Assembly: GCA_964600985.1 (NCBI GenBank)
Contig: CAZRJR010000002.1
Coordinates: 40,867 to 104,866 of the forward strand
Direction: 5' to 3'
DNA length: 64,000 nucleotides
DNA from: an uncultured Candidatus Saccharibacteria bacterium
Lineage (GTDB): Bacteria; Patescibacteriota; Saccharimonadia; CAILAD01; JADZBC01
The notes under the pieces were generated by a model that saw only the letters and a list, made by a program, of their open reading frames with translations, was not told where the DNA came from and did not search any database. Positions 57,131 to 64,000 of this stretch are shown in pieces. Each line of letters begins with the position of its first letter. Position 1 is the stretch's first letter. Position numbers and translations under genes: made by a program.

Positions 57131-58696
57131 CTACCGCTTCGGGGTAGTCGTACTTGTACTCGGGGCGGTTTTGGCTACGTAGTCGCTACCAAGGATTACT
57201 ACAAAGTCAGCGGGCGCAACAGCGGCTTTACCAGTCGTAGTAGCTGGTGGTGGAGTAGGCGCTACGCCAACCAGGCTTTGTAGGTAAGCAGCGGTAGCGG
57301 GCTTTTTGCCACCAGTGTAGTCAATAATCTGGCTCGTGGCATAGTCTTTCGTGGTGGCATTGGTGAGCGCGATTATATCCATCAGGTCGCTATAAATGCC
57401 CTTGTTGATTGTGTTGCTTAGGGTCTTGGCTACACCTATGGTAGTAGTGCCGTTCTCGATGATTACCGTTGGTTCTTCTTTCCACATTGGGCCCAGTGTA
57501 AATACGTTGGCTACAAAGTTCTGAATGGAGCTAAAGCTACCACCGGCTGGCAGGAGGTCGCTTGTACCACCCGGGTCACTTATTAGAAATCCGTTTGGCT
57601 TAAGGCTAAACACCACATTTATAGTGCTGCCGTCACTCAATTTCTTAGAAAAGTCGTTTAGGCGCATCATGTTGTTAATACTTAGGTCGGTTTTGATGTT
57701 GTTGGCAGCCGAGCCGAGTAAGGCATTGAGCTTGGCCGGGTTAGCAAGAGTGTCCAGACTCATGGCCTTAGTGCGCACTGCCTGGAGCACTTGCTGTTGG
57801 CGTAGCGCTCGGCCGAAGTCGTCGCCACAGGTACCCTTGCGGCAGCGAGCGTACCTAAGGGCTAATGCCCCATCCATGTGGATTTGGCCTGGGTTGAGCT
57901 TAAAGCCGCAGCTTCGGCTCTCGTTTTTGTCGCACGGATATTCGGGGTCGTAGAGTCGATCAGTTACATTTATGTCAACGCCACCCACGGCGTCCACAGC
58001 TTGCTTAAGTCCCGAGAAGTTGGCACGCACATAGTAGTGAATGGGGATATCAAGCGTTTGCTCGACCGTCTTGATTGCTAGGGGAATGTCGCCCTCAGCA
58101 TGCGCGTTGTTGATCTTCTGGGAGCCATAGCCCGGAATCTTTACTCGTAAGTCACGTGGTATGCTAATCATAGCTACCTTGTCGTTCTTGGTGTCTAGAC
58201 TAATTACCATGTTCGTATCGGCTAAATCTTCGCCGGCGTGACCGGGATCACCCACACCGAGTAAGAGAATGTTCACACGTCCATCGGCTTCGCCTTTGAG
58301 CTTGCCCCAGCTAAACGGATTAGAGGTAATGCGAGTAACTTGTACTGAGAGCAGCGCGAACACCGCAATCCCGCCAAGCACCAATAGCCCAAGCAGCCAC
58401 TTCCACCAATGGCGTTTTAGCTTGCCCTTTGGTTTGGTGGTCTGGTTGGCGCCCTCGTAGGGTTTGCGGCCAGCAACCTTGCGCTTGCCGCCAAAGAGTT
58501 TGTGGCGTGAACTTTTAGGCAGGGGAGCAATGTGTGTACTGGGCTGACCGAGTTCTGGCTCGGGCTGGGTGTTAAGCGCCGGCCCTGAGCTTAGTGGATC
58601 GTAGGTAAATGCCGGTGGTGGTGTCTCGATATCTGGAGCTTTGGTTGGTTGTTTGGCCAACTGCTTAGGGGGCTTTCTGGGTGTAATGTCACGCAT
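57131..58696 (-). CDS. LCP (LytR-CpsA-Psr) family cell-envelope phosphotransferase
   Basis: N-terminal disordered region plus TM, then an LCP domain (NILLLGVGD...DTNMVISLD...ISIPRD). Confidence 0.85.
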   Translation of the reverse strand: MRDITPRKPPKQLAKQPTKAPDIETPPPAFTYDPLSSGPALNTQPEPELGQPSTHIAPLPKSSRHKLFGGKRKVAGRKPYEGANQTTKPKGKLKRHWWKWLLGLLVLGGIAVFALLSVQVTRITSNPFSWGKLKGEADGRVNILLLGVGDPGHAGEDLADTNMVISLDTKNDKVAMISIPRDLRVKIPGYGSQKINNAHAEGDIPLAIKTVEQTLDIPIHYYVRANFSGLKQAVDAVGGVDINVTDRLYDPEYPCDKNESRSCGFKLNPGQIHMDGALALRYARCRKGTCGDDFGRALRQQQVLQAVRTKAMSLDTLANPAKLNALLGSAANNIKTDLSINNMMRLNDFSKKLSDGSTINVVFSLKPNGFLISDPGGTSDLLPAGGSFSSIQNFVANVFTLGPMWKEEPTVIIENGTTTIGVAKTLSNTINKGIYSDLMDIIALTNATTKDYATSQIIDYTGGKKPATAAYLQSLVGVAPTPPPATTTGKAAVAPADFVVILGSDYVAKTAPSTSTTTPKR

Positions 58697-58739
58697 AAGT
58701 ACTTAACATTATAGGCTAAAACGTATAGAATATGACGCT

Positions 58740-59720
58740 ATGAACAAAAAAAGTTTTACTAACATCTGGGCTGAACTTACGAAGCCATTTTTTGTACTGG
58801 CACCGCTTGACGATGTGAGCGACACGGTGTTTCGGCAAGTAGTGGCGCGGGCGGCTAAGCCCGATCTATTCTTTACAGAGTTTACCAATGTCGATGGTTA
58901 CTTTTCAGCAGGGCAGGCTTCGGTAGCGCGTAAGCTGCGTTGGGATAGCGAGACGGAGCAACCGCTCGTTGCCCAAATATGGGGTAAGAACCCCGAAAAC
59001 TATTACAAGATGGCCCAGGAGCTTACTCAGCAAGGCTTTGTAGGTATTGATATTAACATGGGCTGTCCGGAGCGGAGCGTGGTAAAGAGTGGCAATGGCG
59101 CCGGAGTAATTGGTGACTATGCTCGGGCCAAGGAGATTATCCGTGCTACGCAGGAGGGGGCAGCTGGCAAGTTGCCGGTAAGTGTAAAGACTCGAATTGG
59201 CATTGACAAGATTATGACCGAGGATTGGGCGAGCTTTTTGCTCGGCTTGGACCTGGCGAACCTTACGATCCATGGTCGTACAGCCAGAGAAATGAGCAAA
59301 GTGCCAGCTCACTGGGACGAGATTGGCAAGGCCGTTGCATTGCGAGACAAGCTAGCACCCAACACTACCATTGTAGGGAATGGCGACGTAGCAAGTCGGG
59401 CAGAGGGTTTGGAACGGGTGGAAGCCTATGGCGTAGATGGCATTATGATTGGCCGCGGGATCTTCCATAACATCTTTGTGTTTGAGCAAGCTCTGCAGCA
59501 ACACACTTCTGCGGAGCTGATCGAAATACTTAAATTCCACCTAGGTTTGCATGAGCAGACTTGGGGTGGTCAAAAGCGCTTTGAGCCACTCAAGAAGTTT
59601 TTTAAGATTTATATTAAGGACTTTCCGAATGCATCAGAGTTTCGAGCAGAACTCATGGAGTGTAGGGATTATGCCGAAGCAAAAACAGTGATCGCCCGCT
59701 GGGAGCCTAGCTTGATATAA
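58740..59720 (+). CDS. tRNA-dihydrouridine synthase (DusB-like)
   Basis: Dus fold FMN-binding pattern (VLAPLDDVSD...IDINMGCP...HGRT). Confidence 0.85.
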   Translation: MNKKSFTNIWAELTKPFFVLAPLDDVSDTVFRQVVARAAKPDLFFTEFTNVDGYFSAGQASVARKLRWDSETEQPLVAQIWGKNPENYYKMAQELTQQGFVGIDINMGCPERSVVKSGNGAGVIGDYARAKEIIRATQEGAAGKLPVSVKTRIGIDKIMTEDWASFLLGLDLANLTIHGRTAREMSKVPAHWDEIGKAVALRDKLAPNTTIVGNGDVASRAEGLERVEAYGVDGIMIGRGIFHNIFVFEQALQQHTSAELIEILKFHLGLHEQTWGGQKRFEPLKKFFKIYIKDFPNASEFRAELMECRDYAEAKTVIARWEPSLI

Positions 59721-59727
59721 TGCCAAC

Positions 59728-60543
59728 ATGAAGAAACTCGAAGCGCTTCGTGCAGCTGCCCTGGGGTACTACAAAGAGCACGGTCGACATGCTTTGCCGT
59801 GGCGCCAGGATACTTCGCCGTATTCAATCTTCTTGAGCGAGGTAATGTTGCAGCAAACTCAAGTAAGTCGTGTGCTCACTAAGTATGCAGAGTTTATGGC
59901 TGTTCTGCCGAGTTTAGAAACACTGGCTGCGGCGCCACAGGCGGAAGTGTTACGGCTTTGGCGGGGCTTAGGTTACAACCGGCGAGCTTTGTGGCTCAAG
60001 CAAGCGGCCGAGATGGTAGTGCGTGACCGCCATGGCGTGTTGCCAAGTGGTCCGGCGGAGCTCCAGAAGTTACCCGGCATTGGGCCAAATACTGCTGGCT
60101 CAATAGCTGCTTTTGCCTATAACGAACCTACAGTGTTTATAGAAACTAATATTCGCCGCGTATTTATTCACCACTGCTTTGCGGATCAGCAAGGAGTGGA
60201 CGATGCCGAGCTTAAGCCGCTTATTGCAGAATCCTTAGAAGGCCAGCAACCGCGACAGTGGTACTGGGCCCTTATGGATTATGGTAGTTACCTGGCAAGC
60301 CAAGTGCCGAATCCGAACCGGCGCAGCAAGCACTACGCTAAGCAGTCTAAGTTTGTGGGATCCGACAGGCAGATTCGTGGCGAAGTGTTGCGGCTACTCC
60401 TAGAGGGTAACAAACAAGCTGTGCAGCTTGCTACAGAACTAGAGCATTTAGAAACTGACCAAGCTCGAGTTAGTCGGATTCTGAGCGATTTACGCGAAGA
60501 AGGATTTATTATTCTCCAAAAAGACACCTACAAACTTGCCTAA
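59728..60543 (+). CDS. HhH-GPD DNA glycosylase (MutY/Nth-like) lacking the Fe-S cluster cysteines
   Basis: Helix-hairpin-helix LPGIGPNTAGSIAAFAY and a catalytic Asp region. No C-x6-C-x2-C-x5-C cluster. Confidence 0.6.
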   Translation: MKKLEALRAAALGYYKEHGRHALPWRQDTSPYSIFLSEVMLQQTQVSRVLTKYAEFMAVLPSLETLAAAPQAEVLRLWRGLGYNRRALWLKQAAEMVVRDRHGVLPSGPAELQKLPGIGPNTAGSIAAFAYNEPTVFIETNIRRVFIHHCFADQQGVDDAELKPLIAESLEGQQPRQWYWALMDYGSYLASQVPNPNRRSKHYAKQSKFVGSDRQIRGEVLRLLLEGNKQAVQLATELEHLETDQARVSRILSDLREEGFIILQKDTYKLA

Positions 60544-60586
60544 ATCACCCTTGCTAGATCGCACCTCCTAAGAGCATACTAAGTAT

Positions 60587-61018
60587 ATGGAAGAACCAAT
60601 CTCAGCTTGGCTTATAGTCCATTTGGTCTGTTTGGCTACTGCGTATGGGTCGGTCTTGGTGGTTGATACTGTCGGCTTGGTTTGGCTGCTGGGCAGAGTA
60701 GGGCGTGAGCGCATGCTCAAGGTTACTGCCTGGGCGCAGCCGGTAATTTGGACTGGCCTCGTGGGCATGATGATTAGTGGTGCTATGCTTGGCCCCGATC
60801 TTGCCAAGCCGCTCACTAAAATTAAGATGGTGTTAGTGATTCTCCTTGCACTCAATGGCCTCAACCTAGATGCACTTCGCAAGCGCACTAAGCAGTTGAG
60901 TGGCCAATCATTTTGGGACACGCCAAATAGTTACAGGGCGTGGTCGGTGGTTTCTATAGCTCTCTCGCAAGCCCTATGGCTGTCGATTATCCTGGTGGCC
61001 GTTCTGAATTCCAAGTAG
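60587..61018 (+). CDS. Hypothetical membrane protein (4 TM)
   Basis: 143 aa. Confidence 0.45.
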   Translation: MEEPISAWLIVHLVCLATAYGSVLVVDTVGLVWLLGRVGRERMLKVTAWAQPVIWTGLVGMMISGAMLGPDLAKPLTKIKMVLVILLALNGLNLDALRKRTKQLSGQSFWDTPNSYRAWSVVSIALSQALWLSIILVAVLNSK

Positions 61019-61067
61019 TTGTTTTGCACTAGAGTTATTACCTCAAATCAGTTATAATTCTCTCGAT

Positions 61068-61976
61068 ATGACGGCTATTAAACCAACTTTCAAACAACCA
61101 AACCCGAAGCCAACATGGGTACTTTTGTACTACAAATTTGTTCAGGTTCCAGACCCTGAGTTTGAAGTCCAGCAACACAAGCTAGTTTGTAAGGGCATTG
61201 GCATATTGGGTCGGATTTTAATTGCCCAAGAAGGCATAAATGGTACGGTTGCTGGCACGCGTGCCCAGCTAAAGGAATACATTCGCTACATGAACGCACA
61301 TCCGCAGTTTGGCGGCATTGTGTTTAAGTGGAGCCCGGCACCACGTATGCCGTTCCACAAGCTGATTGTAAAGAAGCGCGACGAAATCGTAACCCTAGGT
61401 AGGGAAGTAGATATGGCTAAGACCGCCACGTACTTGAAGCCCGAGGAGTTGCACGCAATGTTCGAACGCGGCGAAAATATGGTACTAGTAGATATGCGTA
61501 ATGATTATGAGTACCAGGTTGGGCGGTTTAAGGATGCTGTGCAGCCCAAGACCGATAAGTTCTATGAACTACCCGAAAAGGTAAAGAACATTAAGGTTCC
61601 AAAGGGCGCTAAGGCTGTAACCTACTGCACAGGTGGGATTCGGTGCGAGAAGGCCTCGATTTTGCTCAAAGAGCAGGGCGTGGAGGACGTATACCAGCTA
61701 GAGGGTGGGATTGTAAAATACCTCGAGAAGTTCCCTAATGGTTACTTTGAGGGCAAGAACTTTGTGTTTGACGACCGTATGACTCAGGCGCCAGATACCG
61801 AAGCTGGACGCAAAGTATTGGCCGAGTGTGCGCATTGTGGCGCACCAAGTGATCGGTACCTGGACTGCACCAAGCCAGACTGCCACCAGCTCTTCATTTG
61901 CTGCGAGGATTGCGAAGCCAAGCATGGTGGCTTGTGTCCGGTAGCGGTTAAGGAACTGCAGGAAGTCACTAAATGA
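61068..61976 (+). CDS. trhO: Rhodanese-domain tRNA uridine(34) hydroxylase TrhO-like (UPF0176) protein
   Basis: Rhodanese active-site loop CTGGIRCEKA plus a C-terminal Cys-rich segment. Confidence 0.75.
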   Translation: MTAIKPTFKQPNPKPTWVLLYYKFVQVPDPEFEVQQHKLVCKGIGILGRILIAQEGINGTVAGTRAQLKEYIRYMNAHPQFGGIVFKWSPAPRMPFHKLIVKKRDEIVTLGREVDMAKTATYLKPEELHAMFERGENMVLVDMRNDYEYQVGRFKDAVQPKTDKFYELPEKVKNIKVPKGAKAVTYCTGGIRCEKASILLKEQGVEDVYQLEGGIVKYLEKFPNGYFEGKNFVFDDRMTQAPDTEAGRKVLAECAHCGAPSDRYLDCTKPDCHQLFICCEDCEAKHGGLCPVAVKELQEVTK

Positions 61977-62356
61977 AAACGATCCTCGTCGATGCCATTA
62001 ATGGACTTGTACGAGAAGATGGCACGATATTTGCCGCAATGCATGAATTGCTAGATTCATATCCTAATAATAAAATAGTGTTGACCGGTGCTAACGACGA
62101 ACAGTTCAAGAAGTTTAATCTAGACAAGGTCCCTTACGTAGTCTTTACTCTCAAGCATGATCCTGAAAAGTCTGATCCTAAGTATTTTGGAATCCTACTT
62201 AAAAAGTACAATCTTACTCCTGGCGATGTGGTGTACTTTGAGCACAGCAGGGAAGCATGCAAGAGTGCTGAATCACTAGGCATACCAACGCACTATTACG
62301 ACCACACAAGAGAGGATCTCGTGGCGCTTAAGAATTTCTTGGACGAGAATCTCTAA
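61973..62356 (+). CDS. Hypothetical protein (HAD-like fragment?)
   Basis: 127 aa, overlaps trhO by 4 nt. Confidence 0.4.
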   Translation: MKTILVDAINGLVREDGTIFAAMHELLDSYPNNKIVLTGANDEQFKKFNLDKVPYVVFTLKHDPEKSDPKYFGILLKKYNLTPGDVVYFEHSREACKSAESLGIPTHYYDHTREDLVALKNFLDENL

Positions 62357-63731
62357 GCTCCTCGCGGACGACGTTGCGGTCATCCCAGGGGATGGTTGTG
62401 CCGCCAATCACCATGGATTGTTCGCTGCCTTTGCCAGTAATGAGTACAATGTCGTTCTTTTTGGCTAGTTTGAGTGCCTTGGCAATGGCTTTGCGACGGT
62501 CTTCTATACAGTACATGGTTTTATCAAGCCTGGCTCCAGCTTCTTCGGCTCCTCTGGCAATGTCTTTGATTATACTCATAGGGTCGTCATTGTACGGGTC
62601 CACATTGCATATGATGATTACGTCCGAGCCTTTGGCAGCAATAGCACCCATGGCAGGGCGCTTTTCTACATCTCTGCCGCCACCCTCGGCACCCAGTAGG
62701 GTAATGATTCGCGCTCCGCGCTTGCGCATGGTCGCAGCTCCGTCCATAAGTGCCTGCATGCTCACTTGCTCATGGGCGTAGTCTACGATCACGGTAAAGT
62801 CTTGGCCTTCGTCGATAACCTCCATGCGGCCTGGAATAACGGCGAGCCCGGCCAAGCCCTCGGCAATTACCTCGGCAGTTTTGCCAAGCGCAAATGCGGT
62901 GGCAATGGCGCCCGCCGCGTTGGTAACGTTAATAGTGCCCAAAATTCCTAGGTGGTAGGGGTGGCCGTTTACCTTAAAGTCAATGCCCTTGGCGGTCGAG
63001 GCAATGTCTACAGCCTTGTAGTCACTATTGGTCTTTACGCTGTAGCTGATTTTTTGGTCAGCCTTGAAGCCAGAATAGGCTGGTGCGTCCTGCGCGTCAC
63101 TGTTAGAGATTATGATCTTAGGAATACGCTTGCCAACCAGTACTTTATGCTTACTACGAGCCATCTGCATAAACACGCGCTTGTTGTGCTGATGCAATAC
63201 CTCCATGCTGCCACGGTGGGCGGCCATAATCTCGCGCGTAACATTGGTAAACACCAATACATCGAAGTTAATTCCCACGTGGCGATATTGGGTTTGGCCT
63301 TCGCTCGGCACTTCCATGACCACGTACTGGCATTTGGCAGCTAGCATGCGCTTAAGGTAACCCTGGAGTATAAAGGCATTGGGCATGGTCATGTGGTGGC
63401 GATTGAGTTCCTCGTGCTCAGCTATGCGGATGTTGGCCGTGCCTATTTGGCCAACTTTGCTGCCATCTGCACTTAACGCTGCCCAAATCATGTTGGCCGT
63501 AGTAGTTTTGCCTTTTGAGCCAACCACACCGATGATTATCATTTTCTCTGAGGGATTTTTGTGCTTAATTTGAGCCAATCGGGCTTCAGGGTAGTGGTAC
63601 TTGTTAAGAGCCTCTTTGGGCACCAGCGGGCGAACAGCGTTTTTTATTTGCTTAATCATGACCTTATTATACATGATTGGATCATACGAGAGCCAAGGCG
63701 TATAATTGGGGCGATGTTGAAGATATACCAA
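62328..63731 (-). CDS. murE: Mur ligase family protein (MurE-like UDP-N-acetylmuramoyl-tripeptide synthetase)
   Basis: ATP-binding GVVGSKGKTTTANMI, central and C-terminal Mur ligase domains. Confidence 0.8.
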   Translation of the reverse strand: MVYLQHRPNYTPWLSYDPIMYNKVMIKQIKNAVRPLVPKEALNKYHYPEARLAQIKHKNPSEKMIIIGVVGSKGKTTTANMIWAALSADGSKVGQIGTANIRIAEHEELNRHHMTMPNAFILQGYLKRMLAAKCQYVVMEVPSEGQTQYRHVGINFDVLVFTNVTREIMAAHRGSMEVLHQHNKRVFMQMARSKHKVLVGKRIPKIIISNSDAQDAPAYSGFKADQKISYSVKTNSDYKAVDIASTAKGIDFKVNGHPYHLGILGTINVTNAAGAIATAFALGKTAEVIAEGLAGLAVIPGRMEVIDEGQDFTVIVDYAHEQVSMQALMDGAATMRKRGARIITLLGAEGGGRDVEKRPAMGAIAAKGSDVIIICNVDPYNDDPMSIIKDIARGAEEAGARLDKTMYCIEDRRKAIAKALKLAKKNDIVLITGKGSEQSMVIGGTTIPWDDRNVVREELRDSRPRNS

Positions 63732-64000
63732 GCACCACTAGCACTCGGAAGCTATAGTGTGGGCGTAGAGCAGGGTCCTGAGGTGTTGCTGCGCGAAGGT
63801 TTGCTAACCGCGCTAAAGCACAATGGTATCGATGCAGAAGTCTTTGAGCCAATCGGGCTGAGTGAGGGCTCAGCTACTGTAGATGGACTTCGTAATTACC
63901 ACGCAGTAGTGAAGTTTAATCAAGATTTAGGGCAGCAGATCCTTGAGAATACAAGGGGCGACGATGTGGCGCTCACGCTTGGCGGGGATCATGCAGTTGG
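63714..64000 (+). CDS. Arginase/agmatinase/formiminoglutamase family hydrolase (partial, runs off the window end)
   Basis: N-terminal pattern ending in the metal-binding GGDHAVG. Confidence 0.6.
   Translation, partial: MLKIYQAPLALGSYSVGVEQGPEVLLREGLLTALKHNGIDAEVFEPIGLSEGSATVDGLRNYHAVVKFNQDLGQQILENTRGDDVALTLGGDHAV

Overview
Gene content (tandem FemAB paralogs, LCP protein, lone Mur ligase, many small membrane proteins, heliorhodopsin, VirB2/TrbC-like pilin paralogs beside PrgI- and VirB6-like genes) suggests a small-genome monoderm, most likely a Candidatus Saccharibacteria (TM7) / CPR-type organism. This is inference from the sequence alone, not a search result. Baseline GC looks roughly 45-50%. 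Housekeeping genes that are clear from the sequence: valS, tsaD, groES/groEL behind a perfect CIRCE operator, rarA, a Mur ligase, a tRNA-dihydrouridine synthase, a MutY-like glycosylase, trhO, idi, cfa, msrB, a phosphohexomutase and an SIS-type isomerase. There are five tRNAs: all four Ser isoacceptors, plus an Arg tRNA that reads as anticodon GCG. The accessory content is unusually rich. (1) The 5' end carries a type IV secretion-like block: a partial VirB4-like gene, a PrgI-like gene, a VirB6/TrbL-like gene, and a tandem array of five pilin-like paralogs. (2) At least nine short GC-rich islands (about 56-66% GC) interrupt the housekeeping genes, each carrying small hypothetical, SPFH or HAD genes and GC-rich tetraloop hairpins. 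Horizontal acquisition from a high-GC donor, such as an actinobacterial host, is the working explanation. (3) A textbook type III hammerhead ribozyme sits at 33580-33636 as part of an element of about 200 bp. A decayed, inverted copy of that element lies next to the tRNA-Arg. (4) The tRNA-Arg locus is a variable hotspot: an AT-rich nucleotidyltransferase plus SDR pair, and a GC-rich ORF bracketed by direct repeats of the tRNA 3' end plus its terminator. (5) A heliorhodopsin gene is followed by a DUF2061 gene and sits among oxidative-stress and membrane genes. (6) Two promoter-to-terminator small RNA candidates, a GIY-YIG gene framed by 22-bp inverted repeats, and a roughly 1 kb GC-rich segment with no convincing coding capacity. 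No CRISPR array, rRNA, integrase or transposase was recognised.
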